Source: an uncultured Nitrososphaerota archaeon
Lineage (GTDB): Archaea; Thermoproteota; Nitrososphaeria; Nitrososphaerales; Nitrosopumilaceae
Assembly (NCBI GenBank): GCA_963701075.1
Contig: OY969559.1
Span: 1,408,001-1,472,000, forward strand
Direction of reading: 5' to 3'
Length of the DNA: 64,000 nt
Made by a program: the position numbers and the translations under genes. Positions 31,528 through 41,822 of this stretch are shown here, piece after piece. The notes under the pieces are model-generated. The model searched no databases and was not told the origin of the DNA. It was given only the letters and a program-made list of their open reading frames with translations. Each line of letters begins with the position of its first letter. The first letter of the stretch is position 1.

Positions 31528-32466
31528 GTGATAAATTCTGGCAGACCAGTAGAAGACATCTCGATAAAAAAAGATGATACCATTGGTGTTATTTTTGAGC
31601 AAATGTCAAAATCAGGTGGCTTTGAGTCAAGAAATTTAGCAGATGGATTGAACATTCTAACTTCAATGATAGAAGACAAGGACTGTTTGAAATTTTTATC
31701 CTTTGTTGGTGCAGTTGTATCCACCGGTCTCAGAGGAGTAATTACAGACATGGTAAAGAACAAGATGTGTGACGTAATCATAACCACTTGTGGTGCTCTT
31801 GACCATGACATTGCGAGACATTATTCAAATTATTTGGAAGGGTCATTTACTCTTGATGACAGTGAATTAGCAGATAAAGAAATTCACAGACTTGGAAATG
31901 TTCTGGTACCATTGAAAAGTTATGGTCCGCTGATTGAAGAAAAAGTTCAAGCATTTTTAGAAAAAGAATATGCCAGTGGAAAAAAAGAAATGGCAACACA
32001 TGATGTCTGCAAAGCAATAGGTGACAATCTTGGCGAAGATTCTTTCCTATACTGGGCAAACAAGAACAACATACCTGTAATAGTTCCAGGAATAATGGAT
32101 GGCGCAGTAGGAAGCCAGATTTGGATGTTTACACAAAAACACAATGATTTTAGACTAAATGTCGCTTCTGATGGAGATCTGCTGTCAGGCATAATCTTCA
32201 AGGCAAAAAAATCTGGCGCTTTAATGATAGGGGGAGGAATCTCAAAACATCACACATTGTGGTGGAATCAATATCGAGGCGGATTGGATTATGCAGTGTA
32301 TATTACAACTGCGCAAGAGTTTGATGGCAGTCTGAGCGGAGCACTTGTAAGGGAAGCAATCTCGTGGGGCAAGGTAACCCAAAATGCAAAACAGACAACC
32401 ATACATGCAGAAGCAACTACAATTCTACCATTTCTATATTCGGCACTGCTTTCCAAGATCAAATAG
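31528..32466 (+). CDS. dys: deoxyhypusine synthase
   Basis: ITTCGALDHD, HRLGNVL, GGGISKHH, DGSLSGALVREAISWGK; start uncertain (31489 or 31528). Confidence 0.92.
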   Translation: MINSGRPVEDISIKKDDTIGVIFEQMSKSGGFESRNLADGLNILTSMIEDKDCLKFLSFVGAVVSTGLRGVITDMVKNKMCDVIITTCGALDHDIARHYSNYLEGSFTLDDSELADKEIHRLGNVLVPLKSYGPLIEEKVQAFLEKEYASGKKEMATHDVCKAIGDNLGEDSFLYWANKNNIPVIVPGIMDGAVGSQIWMFTQKHNDFRLNVASDGDLLSGIIFKAKKSGALMIGGGISKHHTLWWNQYRGGLDYAVYITTAQEFDGSLSGALVREAISWGKVTQNAKQTTIHAEATTILPFLYSALLSKIK

Positions 32467-33184
32467 TATAGATATTTTTTTGATAAATCTCTTTGAAACC
32501 TAATTTCAAATAAAAATCAAGCAACCCGTCACGATGATATGTTTCAAGCATAAGCGATTCTAGATTACGCCTCCTTACTTCATTAAGAGCAAAATCAATC
32601 AGCGAAATGGCAAGACCTCTCTTTCTCATATTTGGGATGGTCCCAAGACAATAAAGCCCCAATATAGAATTTTTTTCATATAGTGCCACGCAGGAACTAA
32701 TCGAATCGTCAACGTAATACTCTACCAAAGGAATTGATTTTTTCACCATTTTATCTACAGAGGCCACCCAATCATGACAATCATATGCATGACAGAACGT
32801 TTTTGACCATAGCATAGAATCATCACTAGATATCATACGCGCTTTTGAGATTTTTGGCGAATCTGGTACTTTTGTGAGAACGTGCTGAACGTCATAGAGT
32901 CTGAAATTTTTCTTGAGGAGACTTTCTTCAAGTTCAGGATAATTCAATGCATAAACATATGGAGTCGTGTCATGTTTAGCAAAGAGGACTAGAGCATCAT
33001 CTATCATTTCGTTACTGATACAAGTTATGTCTGTGAGTTTGTCAAAAAAAATGTCATTTGGAAGGTCTTGGCTAAAAAAGAATGTACCACATTTTAGAGT
33101 TACCGAACTTGTCCACAGACCAGTGAAAGAGCGGTCTATTGCTTCTAGTCGGGATATCAGATTATTATTCCCAATACTTGACAT
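32459..33184 (-). CDS. GNAT-family N-acetyltransferase
   Basis: LGTIPNMRKRGLA acetyl-CoA motif, FYLKLGF. Confidence 0.88.
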   Translation of the reverse strand: MSSIGNNNLISRLEAIDRSFTGLWTSSVTLKCGTFFFSQDLPNDIFFDKLTDITCISNEMIDDALVLFAKHDTTPYVYALNYPELEESLLKKNFRLYDVQHVLTKVPDSPKISKARMISSDDSMLWSKTFCHAYDCHDWVASVDKMVKKSIPLVEYYVDDSISSCVALYEKNSILGLYCLGTIPNMRKRGLAISLIDFALNEVRRRNLESLMLETYHRDGLLDFYLKLGFKEIYQKNIYTI

Positions 33185-34317
33185 ATTCGTTGAAAATCAT
33201 CATATCCTATATTACTTCCTGCAATTACTTTGGAACAAATATTTTCAAATATTTCAAGCGCTTTTGGAGAATTCAGATCATCATCTAGTGCTGCAAAAAA
33301 TTCATCGACCATTGGGGAGAGTTCAGAGTCAGTTTTTTTGGATGTTTTTGTTCCTACAAGACTGATTTTTTCTAAGAATTGTTTTTTTCCAGCAATTTGC
33401 TTTTCGTCAAAATTAACATCTTCACGATAATGGGTGGAGAAAACATAAAGCCGCAACAGATTTTGGCCATATTTTTGTGTTAGATCTCTTGACCACACAA
33501 CATTACCAAGTGATTTTGACATCTTTTCTCCATTTGAGAGAACAAGCCCCACATGCATCCATGTCTTGACTGGGTTTTCAGATGTTGAAAACATCTTGTA
33601 TTGAGCCAGATGGGCTTCGTGATGAGGATACAAGAGTTCCCTTGCTCCTCCATGTATATCGTAATTTGGACCAAAATTTTCCAATGCAACAGTAGTGTCT
33701 TGCATGTGCCACCATGGAATTCCACTCCCAAACCTACTTTTCCATGAGAATCCAAAATCATCAGAACAATTCCATAACATGATATCTTCTTGGCTTTTCT
33801 TGTTAGGCCCTATATCCAACCTGTGAAGTTGAAGCTGGTTTCGTGATTGCTTAGATAACATTCCGTATTTTCCATCTTTTGAGATATCAAGATAGACATT
33901 ACCATTTGCATAGTATGCAATTTTTCGTTCCAATAATTGAGATATGTGACTTTCCATAGAACAGACATAATCTGAAACATATGCAAACCTGCTTATGCTT
34001 TTTATATTCAAGAGATTTAGATCTTCGGCAAATTTCTGTGCATAGAATCTAGCAATCGCATGATAATCTTTTGATTCATCTTTTGCTTTGTTGAATACGT
34101 TTTGATTAATATCAGTCATATTGACTAGAACATCAGTATCATAACCTCGTTCGTGCAAATGTCTACACAAAAGGTCGTATGTAAGAAATATTCTAGCGTG
34201 CCCCAAATGGGTATAATCATATAATGTTGGACCACAGATGAATATCTTCACCATATTTTTCTCAAAAGGTTCGAATCTGTCTTTATTTGAGGAAAAGGAA
34301 TTGAAGATCTTTATCAT
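33157..34317 (-). CDS. cysteinyl-tRNA-synthetase-like class I ligase, truncated, with altered metal ligands
   Basis: ICGPTLYDYTHLGHAR, DIHGGA, KMSKSLGN, DDLNSP. WHIEC is replaced by WHMQD and HHENE by HHEAH; ends shortly after the DALR helix. Confidence 0.85.
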   Translation of the reverse strand: MIKIFNSFSSNKDRFEPFEKNMVKIFICGPTLYDYTHLGHARIFLTYDLLCRHLHERGYDTDVLVNMTDINQNVFNKAKDESKDYHAIARFYAQKFAEDLNLLNIKSISRFAYVSDYVCSMESHISQLLERKIAYYANGNVYLDISKDGKYGMLSKQSRNQLQLHRLDIGPNKKSQEDIMLWNCSDDFGFSWKSRFGSGIPWWHMQDTTVALENFGPNYDIHGGARELLYPHHEAHLAQYKMFSTSENPVKTWMHVGLVLSNGEKMSKSLGNVVWSRDLTQKYGQNLLRLYVFSTHYREDVNFDEKQIAGKKQFLEKISLVGTKTSKKTDSELSPMVDEFFAALDDDLNSPKALEIFENICSKVIAGSNIGYDDFQRICQVLGIII

Positions 34318-34617
34318 GACGTGTTCGTTATCGTACACTGAGCCATCGATAGAATTTGACACATAAAATGATATCCATCGCTTACCGGAATTCTTTTAAA
34401 TTGCGCATAAATTTTGCCTGATTTCGTTTACTATTTATCAAAAATGAGTTGACTTGGTACTAGTTTGCGATCAGAATTAAAAACTTACAACTATTTTTGA
34501 AAACCGAGTCCGGGGGTTTGAAAAGGCATAGTTTGGGCCCTGAAATCCCCAGTTACAGAAACAGGGTGAGGAGAAATGAGAAACAAAAATGTCTCGAAAA
34601 TCAATAAAACTGTAGGA

Positions 34618-35067
34618 TTATTTTACAACCAAAACCGGGCATCGTGCATATCGTACAACATCGCCTGAAACGCTTCCAAGCAGGAATTTCTTAAAGCCAG
34701 ATTTCCCCGTACCGCCAACCACAATGACATCAGCTTTCTCCTTTTCAGCATATTTGATGATTGCTCCAGGTATGGAGTAGATCTCCTCGACTGTATCAGT
34801 CTTTAAATCAACTCCAATTTCAGAGGCATTTCTTCGCATCTTGCTAAACCAACCTTCTGTCTCATCTTTGGCTTTTTTTAGAAACTCCTTAAATGATTTT
34901 TCAGTGCTGTATGTCAATACGGAAGCAGGAGTGTAAATTACACTCATGACGACAAGTTTGGCGTTGTCGTTCTTTGCCATTGCAATACCGCGCTCAGCCG
35001 CTTCTATGGAGTTTGGCGAACCATCGATGGCAACTAAGATTTTTGAAAACTTGCCTGACTTGGCCAT
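34618..35067 (-). CDS. universal stress protein
   Basis: KILVAIDGS, IVVGGTG..LLGSVS..CPVLVVK. Confidence 0.93.
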   Translation of the reverse strand: MAKSGKFSKILVAIDGSPNSIEAAERGIAMAKNDNAKLVVMSVIYTPASVLTYSTEKSFKEFLKKAKDETEGWFSKMRRNASEIGVDLKTDTVEEIYSIPGAIIKYAEKEKADVIVVGGTGKSGFKKFLLGSVSGDVVRYARCPVLVVK

Positions 35068-35124
35068 ACAGAAAAGATGTAAAATAAGTTATTAAATTGG
35101 TCTTAGAATTTCAAGAGTGATAAC

Positions 35125-35998
35125 CAACTCATCCTAAAACTGATCATTTAGTAAATTTTTGACGATCACTGGATCTATCAGATGGAATAATCACACTGAT
35201 TCCATGAAATTCCAAGAAATCTCAGACAAACAATGGGAAACAATACAAAAACACCTTCCATCGCCTGCCAGAACAGGCAGACCAAGGTGTGATGACCGTA
35301 CCACAATAAATGGAATCATGTTTATTCTGGTTACCGGCTGCAGGTGGGAGGAGATGCCAAAAAGATACGGCTCAAAATCAACTGCTCATCTCAGATTGCA
35401 GAAATGGCAGCAAAAAGGAATCTGGCAAAATATCTTATCTGATGCAATAAAATCAGCACACCATTCAGGGAAGATACAGCTGCAAAAGGTATCGGTTGAT
35501 TCGTCAACTGTTGCAGCCAAAAAAGGGGAGATGTGACAGGATACGACGGATTCAAAAGAATATCAGGCACGAAAATACATGTTGCAGTAGATTGCAATTC
35601 ACTTCCAGTATCAATAATTATTGGTCCTGCAAATGAGCATGATTCAACAAAGCTCATCGATGTGATGGAAAACATCTCTGAATATCTTGATGATGATTCC
35701 ATAGAACAGATCGTAGCTGTATATGCAGACAAGGGTTATGATGCAAAAAAGATTAGAGAGTATCTAAAGAATAGAAACATCAGGGACTGCATTCCATCCA
35801 GAAATTTCAAAAATAACAACAATAAGAAAAGTCAGAGTAATTACAACAGGACAAGATACGTGGTGGAGAGATTCTTTGCATGGCTCAAATGTGGATTCCA
35901 CAGAATTAGAATCAGATATGAGAGAATTGCAGAAAATTATCTGGCATTTCTTAACATTACTGGAATAATGATGTATTGGAGGGTTTTAGGATGAGTTG
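35125..35998 (+). mobile_element. IS5-family (IS427-like) insertion sequence, 874 bp, apparently intact
   Basis: Perfect 16-bp terminal inverted repeats CAACTCATCCTAAAAC (35125-35140 and 35983-35998); 3-bp direct repeat AAC on both flanks. Confidence 0.93.
35204..35994 (+). CDS. IS5 transposase in two overlapping ORFs (OrfB in -1 frame), joined at an A6G4 slippery run (~35519-35528)
   Basis: OrfA ISDKQW..GRPR..TGCRW..DSS; OrfB GTKIHVAVD, ADKGYD, RYVVERFFAWLK. Confidence 0.9.
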
Positions 35999-36162
35999 AA
36001 CATGTTTCGAATGCGCTCTAGGGCAATGCATCAGTACCAATATTTGTTGGATTTTCAACGTTTGAATTCAGATCTGTGAAAGTCTTTTATCATATAGGTC
36101 ATCAGTTTCAGAATTGAAAATGGTCTTTCCACTTTAAATAAACAGTTTACTGCTTTGATATT

Positions 36163-36594
36163 GTGAAAGTAAAACGGATTCTAGTTCCACTTGACGGCTC
36201 TGAAAACTCCCTCAAGTCCTTGAGAAACGCGATAGACTTGGCAAGCCAATGCGGAGCTTCTGTTATTGGCCTACATATCATTACCAGTATGAGTGCTTTT
36301 GCTGCAATACACCCAATAGTACTAAGCGGAAGCAAATGGCCTAAAAACGTAAGAGACTTGATGAGCGATGCCAAGAAGATTGCTGCCAAGAATAAAGTAC
36401 CTTATGAAGAGATTGTCATAGGTGGCCAAGTTGCAGGATACGACATTGTTACTTTTGCAGATAGCAATAGAAACAAGATAGATCTGATAGTGATGGGACA
36501 CAGGGGATTAACCCTCCTAAGAGAGGTCTTTCTTGGCAGTACAGCAAATTTTGTCATTCACAAATCAAAGACACCTGTTTTACTGATAAGATAA
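36163..36594 (+). CDS. universal stress protein
   Basis: RILVPLDGSENS, IVMGHRG..FLGSTANFV. Confidence 0.92.
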   Translation: MKVKRILVPLDGSENSLKSLRNAIDLASQCGASVIGLHIITSMSAFAAIHPIVLSGSKWPKNVRDLMSDAKKIAAKNKVPYEEIVIGGQVAGYDIVTFADSNRNKIDLIVMGHRGLTLLREVFLGSTANFVIHKSKTPVLLIR

Positions 36595-36776
36595 GATCAA
36601 GTAACAAATCACAACATATCTCATAATGTGGACAGCGAGAAAAATTCAGGAAAAGGCTTCATAAAAACGAATATTTACTAAATATCAAAAATGACAATTT
36701 AACAAGTAGGTGATTTAGATATCCTGTCGGGGATTGAACGCATGGTTTAAACTCAAGAAGGCTCCTTCTAGCATTA

Positions 36777-38102
36777 TTGTCACTCACTCTCCAGACTGTT
36801 GCATTAAACAAGGTGGGAGAATCAAATCTATACTATGATTATGCATTTAGATGGTTTGATTTTGCAATAAAATACAATTCTGCACTTTTAGACGCAAGCT
36901 CAAAAGCATTTGAAACTTTTCTTAGTACAAGAGAAGGGACAGCTCAGAATATAGAGAAAACTATCAGATCCTCTTTTGATACTACATTACGAGATGATCT
37001 AAATGATAATGCGTTGGCATCAAGCATGGCAAATTATGTTGATTCTTGGGCAAAACTGTGTGATCATTTCGGATATAAACAAATCACTGCCAATTTCTAC
37101 GACTTTGTCTCTTATGCAAACAGAATGCTTGAACCGTTGAGAGACAACATTGACCGAACGCCATCTGAGGTCATCAAGATGAAGGGCAGGTTCGATCTGC
37201 TACACTATAAATCAGATCATCCCACGGTACAAAAAACCCCTCTCCTTGTAGTAGGCTCGCTTATCAACAGATATTATATTTTGGATCTCCTACCTCATGT
37301 TAGCATCATAAAAAATCTCCAAAGACAAGGCTTTGATATTTATGCAACTGATTGGGGAACCCCCAAGTCATTTGACAAGGACCTGTCACTTGAGACCTAT
37401 GCAGAAGAATACGTGGAAAACGCAGTAGAAAAAGTCAAGCAAGTAACTGGTTCTGACAAGGTATCACTGTTTGGCTACTGTTGGGGAGGACTTTTTGCAC
37501 TCATTTACACTTCGACACATCAAGAGAATGTAAAGAATCTAATTTTGCATGCAACCCCAGTTGATATTGACAAGGAAAAGACGATAATAGAAAACTGGAC
37601 TGCACATCTCAATGCAGATAGTCTGGTTGATGCATTTGGCAACATACCTGGCTGGCTTATCAACCTTGGATTTCTTCTTCGCAATCCTGTGGAAGCAATG
37701 CTAAAGTACCCACGGTATTTCAGCGAGCCCAGAAGCCTTGATGAAATACAGCAGTTTTTTGCGATTGAGACGTGGTTATACGACAGCAGACCAATAATAG
37801 GACAAGTTTACCGTGAGATAGTAGACCAAGTTTACAGGAAGAACCTTTTGATAAAAAACAAGATGAAGGTGGGCTCTGACATTATAAACTTGAAGAATAT
37901 CACAGTACCACTTATTGACATAGTTGGCACCAAGGACGACTTGGTACCTCCATCAGCAAGTACATCGGTAATTAATGCAGTGAGCAGCACGGACAAAAAA
38001 CTGATTGAATTTCCAACAGGTCATGTAGGACTTTGCATAAGCAATGCAGCGCATGAAAAATTATGGCCAGAGGTTGGCAGATGGATTGCCCAAAGGTCTT
38101 AG
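36777..38102 (+). CDS. phaC: class III polyhydroxyalkanoate synthase PhaC with ~120-aa N-terminal PhaE-like extension
   Basis: RTPSEV, PLLVVGSLINRYYILDL, lipase box GYCWGG, catalytic D (KDDLVP) and H (PTGHVG). Confidence 0.88.
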   Translation: MSLTLQTVALNKVGESNLYYDYAFRWFDFAIKYNSALLDASSKAFETFLSTREGTAQNIEKTIRSSFDTTLRDDLNDNALASSMANYVDSWAKLCDHFGYKQITANFYDFVSYANRMLEPLRDNIDRTPSEVIKMKGRFDLLHYKSDHPTVQKTPLLVVGSLINRYYILDLLPHVSIIKNLQRQGFDIYATDWGTPKSFDKDLSLETYAEEYVENAVEKVKQVTGSDKVSLFGYCWGGLFALIYTSTHQENVKNLILHATPVDIDKEKTIIENWTAHLNADSLVDAFGNIPGWLINLGFLLRNPVEAMLKYPRYFSEPRSLDEIQQFFAIETWLYDSRPIIGQVYREIVDQVYRKNLLIKNKMKVGSDIINLKNITVPLIDIVGTKDDLVPPSASTSVINAVSSTDKKLIEFPTGHVGLCISNAAHEKLWPEVGRWIAQRS

Positions 38103-38286
38103 TTGATTCAAACTACTTGGCAATGATGGCCAATAGTATGACTAAGTAGGATTGCCTGTCTCTCGTATTTGTAAGAATAGACATCTTGATCTCAATGAGT
38201 AAAATGCTATAAAAATATGCGTAGTTTAAAGCAAATAATTAAAATGACATCCATGCTTTAAAAGTATGTAGTAATATAGGAATTCC

Positions 38287-39000
38287 ATGGCTAACGAAAT
38301 AACTGTCAGAGAACTAAAATCAATCAACATAGAAGGAGGTTTTGTAGTAGATGGTTTTCCTTATGCTGGACTGGCCAATGCCATAGCCACAGAGTCTTTG
38401 ATAAATACAACATCTAGATTCGAATTGGCGGGCGTACTTGATTCAGAACTTTTCCCTCCAATCAGCATCATAAGAGATGAGGTACCTAACTTTCCTGCAA
38501 GAATATTTGTCAACGAGGATCTCAAGGTGGCAGTATTTTCATCTTATTTAACACCTCATGAATCACTTCACAGAGAGGTAGCAAGAACCATGTTAAAGTG
38601 GGCAAATGATCACAAATGTTCTCTCATAGTAAGCAGTTCTGCGGTAAAAACGGACGAAAAACCGTTCGTCATAGGAGTTGCCAGTACTGAAAACGCAAAG
38701 AAACGATTAACTGATGCCGAAATTCCAATACTTAAAAACGGCACTGTCCCTGGCATTCCTGGAATTTTGTTAAATGAAGGTGCCATTACAAAAACTAATG
38801 TCATAGTCCTTTTGTACAAAGGCCAAGAGACCGGACCAGACTTTAGAGCAGGTGCAGAAATTTGCATGGCAATGTCAAAGCTTGTTCCGGGTGTAGCATG
38901 CGATTTCAGAACTTTAATGAGTGAAGCAGAAAATATTGAACAGAGCCTGAAACAAACAGAACAAGAAGCTGGCCCACTACGGGATGCAATCTACGGATGA
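38287..39000 (+). CDS. PAC2-family proteasome assembly chaperone
   Basis: VDGFPYAGLANAIA, GIPGILL, GPDFRAG. Confidence 0.85.
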   Translation: MANEITVRELKSINIEGGFVVDGFPYAGLANAIATESLINTTSRFELAGVLDSELFPPISIIRDEVPNFPARIFVNEDLKVAVFSSYLTPHESLHREVARTMLKWANDHKCSLIVSSSAVKTDEKPFVIGVASTENAKKRLTDAEIPILKNGTVPGIPGILLNEGAITKTNVIVLLYKGQETGPDFRAGAEICMAMSKLVPGVACDFRTLMSEAENIEQSLKQTEQEAGPLRDAIYG

Positions 39001-39245
39001 GTTATCAAGAGCGAGAGATCGCAAAAGATAGTCTGCCAAAACATCTCCGAGTCCTAGATTCTGACGAGGGAATAAGAATCGAAGATAAAATAGGATTTGT
39101 TTTTATCAATAAAACATCTAGAAGATATTGTGTGAACATATCAAAAAACGGTTTTGATGAATTTTTCTACATGTATAATGCTGACGAGGTGTTGGATTTT
39201 TTAGCAAAGAAGATAGACCCTACGTCCAAAATTTTCTCATATTAG
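38997..39245 (+). CDS. hypothetical protein
   Basis: 82-aa ORF with ATGA overlap to the upstream gene. Confidence 0.6.
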   Translation: MSYQEREIAKDSLPKHLRVLDSDEGIRIEDKIGFVFINKTSRRYCVNISKNGFDEFFYMYNADEVLDFLAKKIDPTSKIFSY

Positions 39246-39264
39246 ATATTAGAAAAATGTCCAC

Positions 39265-39882
39265 ATGACTACACTACTAGAATTTGCATTAACAGTCATT
39301 ACGATTTCAGTTTCCGGTGTCATGTCTCCGGGGCCTCTTTTTGCAGCAAATGTTGCATATGGCATAAGAGGCGGGTGGAAAACAGGAATTAAAATGGCAT
39401 TTGGACACACAGTTGTTGAGTTTCCACTTGTCATACTTCTTGGAATTGGCGCAATTTCTTTTGCTACCTTTCCACAGTTCAGAGAATACATTGCCATACT
39501 TGGCTCCGTAAGCCTCTTTATTTTTGCTGGACTACAGGTTAGAACCACTTTAAGAGAATCACCTTCTGGCCGCTTACCAAAACATGGTCCGTTTTTCATA
39601 GGAATCCTATTGAGTGCACTCAATCCATTTTTCTTGATTTGGTGGATTACAATAGGTTTCAAGTTAATTTCTGATGCTATACTACTATACTCATTTGTTG
39701 GAATTGGTATAATGTTTGGATTTCACATATGGATGGACTATACGTGGCTAGGGGCGGTGGGATTTTTGTCTAGCCGTGGGAAAAAGATCCTCTCAACGAG
39801 AAACTACAAAGTTTTCATGATTGCGCTAAGTGGGGTTCTAGTTTATTTTGGAATGAATTTCCTAGTCCAAGCCGTTCATTAA
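39265..39882 (+). CDS. LysE-family transporter
   Basis: SGVMSPGPL, GHTVVE, SALNPFFLIWW. Confidence 0.9.
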   Translation: MTTLLEFALTVITISVSGVMSPGPLFAANVAYGIRGGWKTGIKMAFGHTVVEFPLVILLGIGAISFATFPQFREYIAILGSVSLFIFAGLQVRTTLRESPSGRLPKHGPFFIGILLSALNPFFLIWWITIGFKLISDAILLYSFVGIGIMFGFHIWMDYTWLGAVGFLSSRGKKILSTRNYKVFMIALSGVLVYFGMNFLVQAVH

Positions 39883-40118
39883 CCACAATCAAGTATATCC
39901 ACATTGCCTTTACAGTCATTGTCAAATTGAGATATCTCGTCATTTAGTTGAGCACATAGTTCGGGATCTTTTGTCTGATCGTATGTTTTTAGATCACTCG
40001 TAATGTCAATTTGTTTTATTGGACACTTGTCGACAAATCCGAAATTATACGATACAACTACTGCAATCACGCCAGACAGCACTATGACCAAGGCATACTT
40101 TAGAAACTTGCTAACCAT
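39879..40118 (-). CDS. small membrane-anchored Cys-containing protein
   Basis: N-terminal TM helix, four Cys; overlaps the end of alba. Confidence 0.6.
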   Translation of the reverse strand: MVSKFLKYALVIVLSGVIAVVVSYNFGFVDKCPIKQIDITSDLKTYDQTKDPELCAQLNDEISQFDNDCKGNVDILDCG

Positions 40119-40398
40119 CTTCAGGTTTGGAAACATCAACCTCGATTGTTGATACGTTTCTTGCTTTTCCGTCCTTTGATTCCATTTTTTCGGAAAAAAT
40201 CCTTACACCGCTGACCTTGTAACCCACTGCATTCATTCTCTTAACTATCATTTGTGATACATCTACTGCTGCAGTTATGCTCTTGCCCCTTGCCTTTATT
40301 GTCACTGTGGGCTCATTTGCAAGCAATGTCAGAGTAGCATTCACATATGTAAGAATGGGTTTTTTACCAATGAAGACGATATTTGGCGGTCTTGGCAC
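40111..40398 (-). CDS. alba: DNA/RNA-binding protein Alba
   Basis: VFIGKKP..YV, IKARGKSITAAVDV, RNVSTIEV. Confidence 0.93.
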   Translation of the reverse strand: MPRPPNIVFIGKKPILTYVNATLTLLANEPTVTIKARGKSITAAVDVSQMIVKRMNAVGYKVSGVRIFSEKMESKDGKARNVSTIEVDVSKPEDG

Positions 40399-40653
40399 AG
40401 ACCAACTCTTTTTGTGTTTTATTTAATGGTTAGGAGATTGGAAATGTGCTTTACCAAACTATTTTACACCAAAAAATCGTGCATGAGTATGTATTGTAGC
40501 GGTCATTTTTCAGTTCCATCCTCTAATGATATGAAGAATTTTTTCGTGATTTGTTCTCATTTGACGTATTTCAGCATTCCAGTCTACTTGTTCAAATTCT
40601 GACATGCCAGAACAGTACGATTTGTTTGATTTTAAGATTCTAGTTAATTTTTG

Positions 40654-41739
40654 TTATTCGGTACTATTCATAATTTTGGTTGAAATATCAATCGTTTTTG
40701 CTAATAGACTTGCCAAACACAAATACTCGATTGTTTTGAATGGGTCATCCTGCACGATTTCATCGTGAACCGTCGGATTTCGTATTCCTTGTATTGAACC
40801 TGCAAACAGATTCATGAATCCTAGTTGTTCGTCTTTTTCAGTCTTAGTTCTAAGCTGATTTAATCTCAATATTGGAGAATTTGGGCTAAAGACCGTTTGC
40901 ATTAGAGGAACTCCATCCAAATCATGCCTCTCTGATTTACTCTTTACCATATGGGTTATCCTCTTGAGAGCTTCGGTTATTGCTTGAGCGTAGTGTCCGT
41001 CTTTGAAGAGTTTTGAGCTTACACGTTTTATCTCAGGATGCAATTCTAAAGATTCAAAAATTTGAATGTGTTTAGGAAGTTTAGCATTTCCAGATGAAAG
41101 TTTTGGAGGATAGGCTTGTGCGTATTTCGGTACGCCGTTTGAATGTTTACCCACATACACAATAAAATCTAATTTCGTAACAGCCATTGTTATAGCGCGT
41201 TTTGTAAAAGCATATCCTTCAGATTTAGCAAAATTCTGAATATCCCATAAACTAACGGGTTTTGAAAATTTTCCCGATTCCCACATCGTACGAATGAATT
41301 CTACTGGCAATCTAATTACTTCCGATTCGGTCTTCTTTCCATCTTCAATGATCTCTAATGTAATGTGTTTTCTAGTAAAAACTGAGTGAGTATTACTAAA
41401 AATAAGATATAGTGTTTGGTCCTCAACTATATTCAATTTGACAGAGTGTTCTACGGTTTTAGCAATTTTATGAACTACATCTTTTGGAGTATAAATAGTA
41501 GCATTAGACTGTTGGGCTGGAAGCTCACTAAACCATTTAAGAAAAGGCGCTTCATTCATTACATAAAATCCTATATCATAAACCAAGTCGTTGTTTCCTT
41601 GTTTTACCGAAAATTTGATTGTAATTTCTCGATCTATTTTTCCATTGCGATAAGAATGGTAAGGAACGAAATACCATCCATAAAGACTAGTACCTAGTGT
41701 GAAAGTTTTTGAAAAGGTAGACACCTGAGTTTGCTTCAT
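40654..41739 (-). CDS. multidomain protein with C-terminal TIGR02391 (Hypoth_Ymh)-like domain
   Basis: LHPEI..S..LF.DGHYAQAITEALK..DGVPLM..FS..EQLGFMNLFAG..GIRNP..H. Confidence 0.8.
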   Translation of the reverse strand: MKQTQVSTFSKTFTLGTSLYGWYFVPYHSYRNGKIDREITIKFSVKQGNNDLVYDIGFYVMNEAPFLKWFSELPAQQSNATIYTPKDVVHKIAKTVEHSVKLNIVEDQTLYLIFSNTHSVFTRKHITLEIIEDGKKTESEVIRLPVEFIRTMWESGKFSKPVSLWDIQNFAKSEGYAFTKRAITMAVTKLDFIVYVGKHSNGVPKYAQAYPPKLSSGNAKLPKHIQIFESLELHPEIKRVSSKLFKDGHYAQAITEALKRITHMVKSKSERHDLDGVPLMQTVFSPNSPILRLNQLRTKTEKDEQLGFMNLFAGSIQGIRNPTVHDEIVQDDPFKTIEYLCLASLLAKTIDISTKIMNSTE

Positions 41740-41822
41740 ACTAGAAAGTTAGAAAAGATCTAGAATTTAAGCAAAATGCCACAATGGTTCTTTTTTATTT
41801 AGACGAAGCCCCACCTCACCAC

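Noticed and set aside
34500-34575. Mildly GC-rich intergenic patch downstream of usp
   Set aside because: Only short imperfect stems, with no promoter or family motif I can support.
36720-36745. tRNA 3'-like fragment on the minus strand (GTTCAATCCCCGACAGGA) as a possible att site
   Set aside because: Too short, no matching T-stem, and no partner repeat or integrase in the window.
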